DNA of 31,649 bases from an uncultured Rhodopirellula sp. (lineage in GTDB: Bacteria; Planctomycetota; Planctomycetia; Pirellulales; Pirellulaceae), in contig CAXGAI010000016.1 of assembly GCA_964007735.1 (NCBI GenBank), forward strand, positions 62,001 to 93,649, read 5' to 3'. Below, piece by piece: positions 9,160 through 18,512 of this stretch. The first letter of the stretch is position 1. Each line of letters begins with the position of its first letter. The notes beneath the pieces are model-generated. The model saw only the letters and a list, made by a program, of their open reading frames with translations, was not told the DNA's origin and did no database searches. A program made the translations under genes and the position numbers.

Positions 9160-9427
9160 ATTTTTCACGCAGCATTACGAATCCCACGTCATCCATTGAG
9201 ACAACACGCCATCCACTTTTCTGTAGCTTACCGAGAGTATCGAAAAATACGCCTTCTTCTTTGGGCACCGGAGTGGCCTCAAAATCGGTGAACAATTGCA
9301 TGGTGAAGTTCTCAGGGTCAACGTAAATGTGTTCATACGCAACCCCTCGGTTTCGATCTTGAACAACCGCCCCACAGATGCCAGCAATTAGTACGGCTGA
9401 CAGGATACCCAGAATATAGTTTTTCAT
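9158..9427 (-). CDS. Small exported or membrane-anchored protein (DUF4177-like C-terminus)
   Basis: GGAG RBS; N-terminal hydrophobic segment; LGKLQKSGWRVVS resembles the L-x-x-l-G-x-x-G-W-E-L-V pattern of DUF4177. Confidence 0.55.
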   Translation of the reverse strand: MKNYILGILSAVLIAGICGAVVQDRNRGVAYEHIYVDPENFTMQLFTDFEATPVPKEEGVFFDTLGKLQKSGWRVVSMDDVGFVMLREK

Positions 9428-9504
9428 GGTTTAGACTCCAATAAAATTCGATCTTAAAGTTTTCAAATGAATGGTGACGCTTCTAAAAAAGCTCCATTGT
9501 TTAT

Positions 9505-11091
9505 TCAGACTATTTGATTTAACCGCCAGTTCCTGGATAAAGCAATGAGTGTCTCTTTGTCGTAAGCTGCCAGGCGTTTCTCTTTATCTGCTTCCAGACA
9601 ACTGCGGAGGAAATCATAAACCTCATTATCGAGATCGGGGAATATCTTGTCTTTCTCCGGCATGGTCCACTGCATTCTCTGCGTAAGCATTCCTACCAGG
9701 TCATGACTGTCAAACAGCGGGGCCCCGGTTAGCATTTCGTAAATCAGACACCCCAAGGCATAATAATCGGATTTGGGTCCCACATCCCCTCCGGTAAATT
9801 GCTCGATTGCCATATAACGCGGGCTTCCCAGCAATTCACCTGTATGAGTTAGCGAAGGATTGATGGAACTTCTAGCCAGCCCAAAATCCATCAAGGTAAC
9901 CTGGTAATTCTCACCAATCATTACATTCGATGGTTTGACATCCCGATGGATAATTTCACAGTCGTGTGCGTACAGCAAGGCATCCATTAACTGGGCGGCA
10001 ACATGCTTGATAATGTTGATATCGAGATGATCCGAGGTATCCATCCATTTCCGAAGCGAAATGCCCTGGCAATAGTCCATTACCAGAAACATTGTGGCCA
10101 TGGCATGAAAAGCCTGATGGGTCTTAAGAATCAAGGGATGATCAAGGTCCCGGAGTATTTCCGATTCCTGTGTGAAACGCTGACAGGCTTTTTGATTACA
10201 GAGGATGTCGTGCCGCAGCATTTTTAGTGCAAATGTCTCCCCATCAGATACCCGTTCCGCTAAATAGACGACTCCCATACTTCCACGACCAAGTCGTTTT
10301 ATTACCCGGTATCCTTCCAGGACTTTATTGGTCAGTACGTCAATATCATGACTGCCTATGCGTTCAGATACCTGATTTGCGATCATGGCGCTGGTGGCAG
10401 GAAAATCACGATTCATCTGTTCGTATAAAGCCAGCGGCACTTCCAGAGCTACCACTTCGCCAATTGCGACGGCGTCAGCACTGCGTGTACTGTTCGTGAA
10501 GATACCAATTTCTCCAATGACGTTGTTGACGCCACAGTAACCGAGGACTTCGGAACCTGCCTCAGAGTGATTTAACCGGATTTCGACTTCACCATTTTTA
10601 ATAATCAGAAGAGAGTCAGAGACATCGCCTTGCCTCACCAGATAGTCGCCATGATCAAAAACACGATAAATTGATTGCCCGGCAATACTTTGTTGCACAT
10701 TTCGAGGTAGCTCGGAAAAAGGATAAGTTTCCGATAACACACGAAGGACATCAGCAACGGGATCCGGGAGTCCGTCTTCTTCATTGCTGGCGGGCAATTC
10801 GTCTGATACTTCCAAATTACCGGTATCTACAAGTTGGTGCACTTCAAACATCAGAGCAATGTCAGAACGAAGATTGGGAAAACGGTTCAAAAACTGCTCC
10901 AAATCAATAGGTTCCTCATGAATCTCGCGTAGATAGATTTCATGGTAAATAAGATCGAGCAGTGAAGAAGTATCTTCCTTTAATTCTTGAAACTGACTAA
11001 TGAATTCTTCGATCGGAACATGGTCTCCGTTCGCCCATCGGGTACTCTGTTCGGCACAAAGATATGGTAGTAAGTCATGAATTGGTTTCAT
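9505..11091 (-). CDS. Hanks-type Ser/Thr protein kinase with a cyclic-nucleotide-binding domain
   Basis: Kinase motifs LGRGSMGVVY, ALK, HRDVKPSN, DFGLA, GSPRYMAIE, DYYALG; cNMP domain with QGD, GEVEI, GEIGIF...RSADAVA; N-terminal W..G...LLDLIYHE...RFP helical segment; GGAG RBS before ATG 11091; no TM helix. Confidence 0.92.
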   Translation of the reverse strand: MKPIHDLLPYLCAEQSTRWANGDHVPIEEFISQFQELKEDTSSLLDLIYHEIYLREIHEEPIDLEQFLNRFPNLRSDIALMFEVHQLVDTGNLEVSDELPASNEEDGLPDPVADVLRVLSETYPFSELPRNVQQSIAGQSIYRVFDHGDYLVRQGDVSDSLLIIKNGEVEIRLNHSEAGSEVLGYCGVNNVIGEIGIFTNSTRSADAVAIGEVVALEVPLALYEQMNRDFPATSAMIANQVSERIGSHDIDVLTNKVLEGYRVIKRLGRGSMGVVYLAERVSDGETFALKMLRHDILCNQKACQRFTQESEILRDLDHPLILKTHQAFHAMATMFLVMDYCQGISLRKWMDTSDHLDINIIKHVAAQLMDALLYAHDCEIIHRDVKPSNVMIGENYQVTLMDFGLARSSINPSLTHTGELLGSPRYMAIEQFTGGDVGPKSDYYALGCLIYEMLTGAPLFDSHDLVGMLTQRMQWTMPEKDKIFPDLDNEVYDFLRSCLEADKEKRLAAYDKETLIALSRNWRLNQIV

Positions 11092-11099
11092 GGATGTCT

Positions 11100-11663
11100 C
11101 TACTCCCAATCTATATTTGCTGCGATACGTTGCGTGACTCTTGCCAGCCGCTTACGTAATTGGTCGGGAGTAGCATCTAATTTCTGAGCTAGTTCTTGCC
11201 AACTGCTACCATTCGCTCGCTCTTCCAGCAACCAGCGTTCTTCTTCATTAAGTCGCGAGTAGAATTCAGCAATGACCTCTTCGCGGCTCATCATGAGGCT
11301 CGGAGTTTCACGATTTTTATCTTCTGTAGGTGTGTTGGCGATGGAGATATTCCTTCGCATATCTCTTCGCTGCGAGCGATAGAACCGGCTTTTGTCCATC
11401 ACGCGATTTCTAATCATAGTTGAGATCAAAGCCAGCATTTGTTCAGGAGTATCCAGGTCGAATTGTCCTGTAGCTGCTCTCATGAAGAAGTTAGCCATGA
11501 CACTTTGATAGATATCCATACTGTCTTCGACTCTTCGGAGCATTGTGTCGTTGAGGCGTATTCTGGCAATACGTCGAATGTGATGTCCGTACTGGTCGAG
11601 TAATTCCGTCGAAGCATCGGAATCACCATTCTCAATTCTTTTTAGTAACTCAGTAAATGACAT
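11100..11663 (-). CDS. ECF-type RNA polymerase sigma factor (kinase-associated type)
   Basis: sigma2 region (GDSDASTELLDQY...IRRIARIRL...DSMDIYQSV...IRNRVMD) and sigma4 HTH (GSSWQELAQKLDATPDQLRKRLAR); stop 8 nt upstream of the kinase start. Confidence 0.88.
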   Translation of the reverse strand: MSFTELLKRIENGDSDASTELLDQYGHHIRRIARIRLNDTMLRRVEDSMDIYQSVMANFFMRAATGQFDLDTPEQMLALISTMIRNRVMDKSRFYRSQRRDMRRNISIANTPTEDKNRETPSLMMSREEVIAEFYSRLNEEERWLLEERANGSSWQELAQKLDATPDQLRKRLARVTQRIAANIDWE

Positions 11664-11804
11664 GCAAGATCAACCAGGATGGTGGTCGTAATTGAAATAG
11701 AACTTTGGATTATTTTGGATTTCTTTTGTCCGTTTAGTATCAGCTTTACGTTTCTAACATTGAAGGCAAACTTGACACAAAAACCAATATAAGGGATTTG
11801 AAAA

Positions 11805-12767
11805 ATGAAACGCTACCAAGCCAATCGTAATCGACTAACTTTAACAATTCTTATTTTCAGTCTTTTTGCTGGTACTTGGACTGTGAAGGCACAACAGCCA
11901 GCTGAAAGATTAACGGTAGCTGTCTTGCCGGCACAGTCCAGAATGCATTACCGCTTCCCTTATCTGACGGATCAACTAATTCATAATCTTGTAAATTCAA
12001 ATCAATATACAGTAGTCGACAGCCTTTCGCTGAACAATGGCCGGCTTAATTCACAAGTCTTGACTAAAGCACAGGAAATGGGGGTGGACGCGATTTTCCA
12101 GTTGAATGTAACGGTGATGGATCAGCGAACCGGCTCTCAGTTCAGCACAGGGCTGGGGCAGATCAAACTGGGAAAGATCTATGATTTGGGAATCAACCTT
12201 TCGCAGTCTATGGCCCACGCTGAAGTCGTGCTGCGTGCATTTGATCCTTATACAGGAAAGATTTTGACGAGTGTCAATGGACGAGGTACGAGCACAGGTA
12301 CCGATGTAGGTTTGGATTTGGACTATGTAAGAATTGCTGGTTCGATCGATCAGTACGATCTGGGAATGCGACGGTATGAAACTTCATCGCTTGGTAAGGC
12401 CATGCAAAGGGCCATTGATAATGCTTTAGGCAAGATCCAACTGGTTCCCGCTGCTCCTCAAGGTAATCAAATGGCACCGGAAGTTCCTCCCTATCAGGGA
12501 CTTGTTGCTGAGGTTGATGAAAAATACGTTTATCTAAATGGAGGTAGAAATGCGGGTTTGGAACCAGGTATGCGAGTTGCTGTCTCTAGCGTTACGAAGG
12601 TAATTCGAGACCCCGCTACCGGAGAGGTTTTGGATACGATGACGGAAGTGACTGCCGTGCTGGTGATTGAAGCTGTGCGAAATCGAATCGCTATTGCGAA
12701 CCGGTTGCTTCCGGATGGGCAGACTGCTGACGTTGCAATTGGTGACGCGGTGGAATTGATCGACTAA
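11805..12767 (+). CDS. CsgG/HfaB-like exported protein with a C-terminal FlgT-like domain
   Basis: SPI signal (VKA|Q); VAVLP, LVNSNQYTVVD, AQEMGVDAI, LRAFDPYTGKILTS, LGKAMQRAI (CsgG/TolB-N fold); C-terminal VYLNGGRNAGLEPG...IRDPATGEVL. Confidence 0.7.
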   Translation: MKRYQANRNRLTLTILIFSLFAGTWTVKAQQPAERLTVAVLPAQSRMHYRFPYLTDQLIHNLVNSNQYTVVDSLSLNNGRLNSQVLTKAQEMGVDAIFQLNVTVMDQRTGSQFSTGLGQIKLGKIYDLGINLSQSMAHAEVVLRAFDPYTGKILTSVNGRGTSTGTDVGLDLDYVRIAGSIDQYDLGMRRYETSSLGKAMQRAIDNALGKIQLVPAAPQGNQMAPEVPPYQGLVAEVDEKYVYLNGGRNAGLEPGMRVAVSSVTKVIRDPATGEVLDTMTEVTAVLVIEAVRNRIAIANRLLPDGQTADVAIGDAVELID

Positions 12768-12826
12768 TCGAGTCGACGATGATTTTATCAATGCAATTTT
12801 TTCCCGAGTTGACATTGATAGGCTTC

Positions 12827-12862
12827 CAGAGAGCTCTCGAAAGAGAGCTCTCTGTCTTTTTA
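12827..12862 (+). terminator. Rho-independent terminator
   Basis: 12-bp perfect stem CAGAGAGCTCTC-GAAA-GAGAGCTCTCTG followed by TCTTTTT. Confidence 0.85.
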
Positions 12863-12894
12863 TCGGGAGCTTGGTAGTGGTGGACGAGCAAGCC

Positions 12895-14397
12895 TTAAAG
12901 AATCCTCGACAGATAAGTCTCTGCCCGATGTAAGTGCTGATTCATCTTTTTCTCCCCCATTCGTTCTGCAAGCTTACACATCATTGCCCATCTAGGGTTT
13001 GTTGATAAGCGTTTGCGATTCTTCCAAATCCATCGCCAGTAGAGTCCGTCATAGATGTCGCACCATTCCCCCCTCGGGTAATTGCTCATCCGACGTAAAT
13101 AAGCAGAGCCGCAGAAATATGGTTTGGTTGTAATTAAACCACCATCGGCATGCTGACTCATTGAATACACATTTGGAACCATCACCCAGTCATAACTATC
13201 GATGAACATTTCCATAAACCATCTGTATATATGATCTGGCGACACCTCGCATAAAAAGAGGAATCCGCCAAGAACCATTAGACGCTCGATGTGGTGGCAA
13301 TAGGCTGTCGCCTCGACTCGTTTTAGACAATCATCAACAGGGGCCAGTCCCGTTGCTTGTTGATAAAACACCTTGGGAATCGAATGATAGTGTTCCCAGT
13401 GATTAGAGGTTCTCATCCGGCTTCCCAAAGATTCATAGGTAGCGCGCACAAACTCCCGCCAACCTATTAATTGACGGACAAATCCCTCGAGGCTATTCAG
13501 TGGTACTTCGTTTTCTTCCGCGAATGCTAAACAGCGTGAAAGTACTTGCTCAGGTGTGAGCAACCCGATGTTTATTAGCGGGCTTAACACAGAATGCCAA
13601 AGCGTATTTTGGCCTTTCACCATCGCGTCTTCGTAACTCCCGAAATTCCGAAAACGTTGCTCCAGAAAAGTATCCAACCATTTTTTTGCCTGCTCGTGGT
13701 TCGTTGGGTAGGTTCCTCCGGACTGGGTTCCGGGATTGTTTTTGTATTTGGATTCTATGTAGATACGTGTTTTTTCGTCGTCTGGCCCTTCAGGGATAAG
13801 TGAGCTAACAGGGATTTGATTTACGAGACTTCGCGGGACTTTTTTGCGATTTTCCTGATCGAAGCTCCATTTACCACCTACCGGCTTTTTGTTGTCCATG
13901 AGTACATCAAGTCTGGTCCGCTGCCATTTATAAAAATCCGCCATCCGCCAGCGTTTCTTACTAAGGCTAAATTGTTCATTCTTCGATCGTGTATTAATGA
14001 AACCTGGATTAGACAAGAACGAAATGGATGAACCTAGTTTATCGGCAGCCTTTTTGAGACGATCATGTAATTCATAGTCCACAGGGTCGAGAGTAATGAA
14101 GCTGACGTTTGTTTCAGGCTCTTTATTCTTGATGGTCTGTAAATGCTTCAACAGGGAATGGCTCGTTTTTTCGTGGTCAAGATACATCGTATTGAATCCG
14201 CGTTTTTGACAAAACGAGTCATACTTCTTCATCGCTGTTCTTTGAAAGTTTAGCTTCTTGCAATGAAATTGAAGAGGATATGCTTGATCACCGAAGAAAA
14301 GGCTATCTTCGATGAGAACAATCCTGTCCGGTTGAAGCGCAAATCCAGGGTGGTCTTCAAAGAGCTGATTTGGAAAAACAAGCAGATAGCTTCGCAT
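12895..14397 (-). CDS. Cryptochrome/photolyase family protein, bacterial (6-4) photolyase (PhrB/CryB-like) clade
   Basis: FPNQLF, GGKWSFDQENRK, FGSYEDAM, HSVLSPLINIGLL, EGFVRQLIGWREF, HHIERLM, DSYDWVMVPNV, DGGLITTKPY motifs. Confidence 0.92.
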   Translation of the reverse strand: MRSYLLVFPNQLFEDHPGFALQPDRIVLIEDSLFFGDQAYPLQFHCKKLNFQRTAMKKYDSFCQKRGFNTMYLDHEKTSHSLLKHLQTIKNKEPETNVSFITLDPVDYELHDRLKKAADKLGSSISFLSNPGFINTRSKNEQFSLSKKRWRMADFYKWQRTRLDVLMDNKKPVGGKWSFDQENRKKVPRSLVNQIPVSSLIPEGPDDEKTRIYIESKYKNNPGTQSGGTYPTNHEQAKKWLDTFLEQRFRNFGSYEDAMVKGQNTLWHSVLSPLINIGLLTPEQVLSRCLAFAEENEVPLNSLEGFVRQLIGWREFVRATYESLGSRMRTSNHWEHYHSIPKVFYQQATGLAPVDDCLKRVEATAYCHHIERLMVLGGFLFLCEVSPDHIYRWFMEMFIDSYDWVMVPNVYSMSQHADGGLITTKPYFCGSAYLRRMSNYPRGEWCDIYDGLYWRWIWKNRKRLSTNPRWAMMCKLAERMGEKKMNQHLHRAETYLSRIL

Positions 14398-14526
14398 GGG
14401 TTCTTGGCGATTCTATTACGTAGCAGAGTGTTGAAAGTCCCAAGAGGGGACGCCCGTTAGACCCATATTATTGTGATGGAGCACTTAATTTGTAGTGACT
14501 TTTTTGGAACCAGTCGTACGTATACT

Positions 14527-15816
14527 TTACTTTTCCATTTTTTCCAGCGGCTTTATCGCCGGATCTCCAAAAATCACGTACAACATCGTATTTTGCCGAA
14601 TGCCTCGTTGTGTCACGGGCGTAGGAATGACAAATTCACCAGCTCGAAATCCCCGCATATCAATGATTGCATTGAGAAGCTCTTGATAGGCGACGCCAAC
14701 GCTCTCTCCCTGCATCCAGTTTTCCAGTACAGGGAAAAGATGTGGAAAGCCGGAACTAAGTCTCATGTGTCCAAAGAAGACGACTGCTCCCCGATCCAAA
14801 TACTCCATCGCAAAGGCCGGACGCGCATCCACTTTGTACCCCCCGGGTGCGGAAGAGAGCCTGGGAAGATCGGATTTTACGGGGACTGCCGAGAAACATG
14901 AACCTGTTAAAACAATTCTATTTGCCGACTGGTTTGGAATCCCGTTAATATCAATGGAACATGACATTCCCGGGATACCATGCCCGTGCATGACAACAAG
15001 TTGAGCGGATTTAAGCGCCCTGTCAGGTTTTGTCGACAATGTTTCTAGATAGTCCCCTTTGCTGGTAAGGTGGATGTTCCACAAATCCTTTCCCTCCAAC
15101 TTCGCAGCATTCTTAGCAGCCGGGGTATAGACGGCTATCGTGGGAGTACTTATGCCGTATCCGGCAAACATTTCTCTTAAAATGCCAGCTTTCTGCAGAG
15201 ATCTCGTTTCGACTACCGAAGGAACCTGACTGATGGCCATGGGACGCAGGCTTTTTTGAGAAATGGTCTGGTAATTTATGGAGCGGTCAATAAGTCGTTG
15301 AAAACTTTCAGCATTAGGAGCTAAGAGAATGCCAGGATAAACATCGATAAGCGGATCTTGGTCCAGCGAACTGAAAACCTCCCACAAACCCAATAGAACA
15401 TTCTCCCGATAAGAATCTATTTTCGGAGCGATAGCCACATACTTTGGATCTAACTCTAAAAGTCGTTCTTGGAGCGAAGTCCGTCCCTCGACGTTTGTAA
15501 CCGATCCCAAATCATCTAAGCGTAAAATCTTGCCATTGCGATATGCCGATAATTTATCGATGGCTGAAAGGAATTCGGGTGAGTCGTGGTCCGTCAGAAT
15601 CACATAACTTTTGCCGCTAACTTGGTGGGATTTCATCTTTAGAATGAAAGCTGAATTTCTAAGAATACTGGCAGCAGGTCTCGGAGATTCCCTGTCGATT
15701 CGTGGTAAATCTGTAAGCGGTGGAAGATCAAGTGTCTGAGCTTCTAGCCTTAAAGATTGGAATACGAGCGAAACCAACAGTACAAAAGAAAGTGAACGAA
15801 TCATAGCTGATACCAA
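14527..15816 (-). CDS. Secreted protein with a C25 (gingipain)/caspase-fold-like domain
   Basis: Signal peptide (LEA|Q); LVVMHGHG, VLTGSCFS, GAVVFFG, GESVGVAY, YVIFGDP motifs in the order seen in C25-like peptidases. Confidence 0.6.
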   Translation of the reverse strand: MVSAMIRSLSFVLLVSLVFQSLRLEAQTLDLPPLTDLPRIDRESPRPAASILRNSAFILKMKSHQVSGKSYVILTDHDSPEFLSAIDKLSAYRNGKILRLDDLGSVTNVEGRTSLQERLLELDPKYVAIAPKIDSYRENVLLGLWEVFSSLDQDPLIDVYPGILLAPNAESFQRLIDRSINYQTISQKSLRPMAISQVPSVVETRSLQKAGILREMFAGYGISTPTIAVYTPAAKNAAKLEGKDLWNIHLTSKGDYLETLSTKPDRALKSAQLVVMHGHGIPGMSCSIDINGIPNQSANRIVLTGSCFSAVPVKSDLPRLSSAPGGYKVDARPAFAMEYLDRGAVVFFGHMRLSSGFPHLFPVLENWMQGESVGVAYQELLNAIIDMRGFRAGEFVIPTPVTQRGIRQNTMLYVIFGDPAIKPLEKMEK

Positions 15817-15941
15817 CAGGACAGGGGCTTAAAATGTGTTTGCCTGGAACAGCCTTATTCTACCCCGTATAAAAGACTTACACTGCTAACCACATCTGCA
15901 AGAATCGAAATTCTTGCATTGCCCGGCTGATGGTAAAAGTG

Positions 15942-16517
15942 CTAGTTTTTCTCACCGTGTTGAACACTGATGGACTCTATTTGCAGACTGAACTTACCCT
16001 GTTTCTTGTCACCAAGAAGGATCCCGAGTCCGGCGATATCATTGGGGTTCAGTTTTTGCTTTGGAAACACTCGGCCACGCCAGGTCGCCACGAATTGATC
16101 TACCGGTAATTTGACTTCGATCAGTTTGTTGGCGCTTGTTTTGAATGACTGGCGGAACGAGAAGCCCCCGAGATTTCTTTGGGCATACAGGTTCATGTTG
16201 TAAGTTCTGCCATCTCCCTTGACCCGTAAGATAATTGAATCGCCTTGTTTGAAATTAAAATCACCTGAAGGAAGGCGTATCGATGCGAATCCACCATTGT
16301 TTTCGAGTGACAGGTAACCAAAAAACTCCAGAGTATTCTTATCCGTCAGGCGGTATCTCCCAACGGATCGTCCTCCCATGACGCCATCATTCACAGCTCG
16401 CCAGTTTTTGATGCTTGCTGGGGTCTCGAATTCCAGTAAGACCTCACGGTTCGCCTCAGCAAACAAGGGGGAAGAAAGAAAAAATAATAAGACGGCGGTG
16501 ATGCTAGTTTTGCGCAT
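15942..16517 (-). CDS. CIA30 (NDUFAF1-like) family protein, exported
   Basis: WRAVNDGVMGGRS, LSLENNGGFASIR, LRVKGDGRTY, FVATWRGR motifs; signal peptide. Confidence 0.92.
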   Translation of the reverse strand: MRKTSITAVLLFFLSSPLFAEANREVLLEFETPASIKNWRAVNDGVMGGRSVGRYRLTDKNTLEFFGYLSLENNGGFASIRLPSGDFNFKQGDSIILRVKGDGRTYNMNLYAQRNLGGFSFRQSFKTSANKLIEVKLPVDQFVATWRGRVFPKQKLNPNDIAGLGILLGDKKQGKFSLQIESISVQHGEKN

Positions 16518-16641
16518 TTTTGGTTCCCTTATGAAGATACAAGTATGATTTCCGAAAGAAGGGTTCCGGAAAGGCTTTACTTGACCAGAATATTCGAATT
16601 TGAGATCAAATATTAGGGCGTGAAACTAGGGTTGAAAACAC

Positions 16642-17145
16642 TCAATCTAAATTTCTGGCGGTTAGCGCGGAGGATGGAATATTGCAAAGCCGGAAATTAA
16701 TTTTCATGATCTCGGCCTCTTGGATATGAATATGCCCGCTGAAATCAAATAGAGTCCCCGTGATTTCATTGAGATTCACCGTTGCGGTTAATTGATCTCC
16801 AGGACGGGCAAAACCGCGATAACGTGCTGAATCCACCTTGACCAAAACACCTAACGCATATTCGTTGTGTTTGGGGTCAGACGTGACGTAAGATTCCATC
16901 GGATTGTAGTTGGCAGCAATCAGTATTCCTGCAGACTGAGTAACCAACTCCTGCATGATGGCACCGGGAAAGACAGGAGCGCCTGGGAAATGCCCGCTGA
17001 TCCACGGCTCCTCTTCCGTAACTTGTTTGGAAGTAATAATTTGTCGCTCTTCAAGTGAATCAATTTTTTCCACTAGAAGATAGGGTGGGCGATGATGCAG
17101 ATATTCGTCAATGTTTTCAAATCGATGTTGATAGTACTTCATCAA
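16642..17145 (-). CDS. 3-hydroxyacyl-ACP dehydratase (FabZ/FabA hot-dog fold)
   Basis: HRPPYLLVEKI, GHFPGAPVFPGAIMQE, RPGDQL motifs. Confidence 0.88.
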   Translation of the reverse strand: MMKYYQHRFENIDEYLHHRPPYLLVEKIDSLEERQIITSKQVTEEEPWISGHFPGAPVFPGAIMQELVTQSAGILIAANYNPMESYVTSDPKHNEYALGVLVKVDSARYRGFARPGDQLTATVNLNEITGTLFDFSGHIHIQEAEIMKINFRLCNIPSSALTARNLD

Positions 17146-17213
17146 ATTTTTTCTGAACAGGATTATAGGAGCAAAGGTTTCTAAAACAAAAGTGGAACAC
17201 TAAGATTGGTTTT

Positions 17214-18512
17214 TCACTGCGGCGACAATGCTTCGTACACGATGGGACGCAAGACATCTCGCAACTGGTGTGAAAAAGGCATGTTTTGACTTAATGCGAT
17301 AACAATCAGGTCATCTTTAGGAGAGATCCAGAAATGGGTACTGGCAATGCCATCCCATCCATATTCGCCGACGTGTGCCGTATCAGAGAACTCGGTAATT
17401 TCCGTGACAACTGAAACTCCCAGTCCAAATCCAACACCTTCCTGTTTCTCGATGATAGAGATTGGATAGGCTGCCGCCGGAAGTTGATTTTGCGTCATTG
17501 CCTTGATGGTTTTTCCGGACACAATTCGTCTTGCTCCGCACTTACCTTTTCTTCGTAACATCTCACAGAAATTTAGATAGTCTCTTGCGGTGGAGATTAA
17601 ACCTCCACCGCCTGAAAACATTGTTGGCTGGTTTAGGAATTCACCGACGATTCTGGAGTCTTTTGCTTCCACAATCCGTTCTCCTTGCGAATCATAGACT
17701 TTGGCAAAACGTGACTTTGCTGATTCAGGTAGTTGAAAGGCTGTTTCCGTCATATTAAGCGGGGCGAAAACCTCTTTGTGCAAAAAATCCGGAAAAGACA
17801 TTCCGCTCACTTTCTCAACCAAGAATCCAAGCACGTCAGTTGAAACGCCATACGTAAACTTTTCACCAGGCTGAGAAGCGAGAGGGATTTCTTTCAGCTT
17901 TTCCACCATCACTGCCAAGTTATCTGAATTTTCCACTTGCCGTTCTGAGTACATTTCTCCAACGGGGGAAGTGTCCAGAAAGTCGTAAGTTAGCCCCGAA
18001 GTATGACGAAGAAGGTCTCTTACGGTTATTTCTCTGTTCATGTCTTCCAGAACCAACTGGTCATTTTGGTCGCTACCGGCGTAGACGTTTAGATTTTCGA
18101 ACTCGGGGATATATCGACTGACCGGATCATCTAAATTAAGCAGCTTACGTTCATGCAGAATTAGTACGGCAATACTCGTGATGGGTTTTGTCATCGAGTA
18201 GATTCGGAAGATCGTTTCCGTCTGCATAGACTTTTGGTTCGCGATATCGGCCCATCCAAACGAGCCAGTGAAGACAATTTGACCCTTCTTCGCCACTAAT
18301 ACGACAGCCCCGGCTAATTTCTGTTCCTCGATGAGTGCCTCGACCGCAGGGGTGATTTTCTGCAGTTTGTTGGGGGACATCCCGACTCGTTTGGCATTCG
18401 TAATACTGACATCCGATGGAGTCTGCGCATTCCCATGCTGGCAGGTGCCCAGCAAAAACAAAGTAACGAGCATGGTAATCGAGTTTCTTTGGAAAGGCGA
18501 TGCTGAGAACAT
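17214..18512 (-). CDS. Serine hydrolase, beta-lactamase class C-like family, exported
   Basis: FRIYSMTK (SxxK), LLRHTSGL, PGEKFTYG, SGGGGLIST, YGWDG motifs; AAGGAG RBS 7 nt before ATG 18512. Confidence 0.9.
   Translation of the reverse strand: MFSASPFQRNSITMLVTLFLLGTCQHGNAQTPSDVSITNAKRVGMSPNKLQKITPAVEALIEEQKLAGAVVLVAKKGQIVFTGSFGWADIANQKSMQTETIFRIYSMTKPITSIAVLILHERKLLNLDDPVSRYIPEFENLNVYAGSDQNDQLVLEDMNREITVRDLLRHTSGLTYDFLDTSPVGEMYSERQVENSDNLAVMVEKLKEIPLASQPGEKFTYGVSTDVLGFLVEKVSGMSFPDFLHKEVFAPLNMTETAFQLPESAKSRFAKVYDSQGERIVEAKDSRIVGEFLNQPTMFSGGGGLISTARDYLNFCEMLRRKGKCGARRIVSGKTIKAMTQNQLPAAAYPISIIEKQEGVGFGLGVSVVTEITEFSDTAHVGEYGWDGIASTHFWISPKDDLIVIALSQNMPFSHQLRDVLRPIVYEALSPQ

Noticed and set aside
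16642..17145. FabZ-like gene as part of a fatty-acid or polyketide cluster
   Set aside because: No ACP, ketosynthase or reductase gene nearby; it appears to stand alone
17214..18512. Antibiotic-resistance beta-lactamase
   Set aside because: Motifs fit the broad esterase/serine hydrolase group (WDG at the KTG position); nothing indicates beta-lactam specificity
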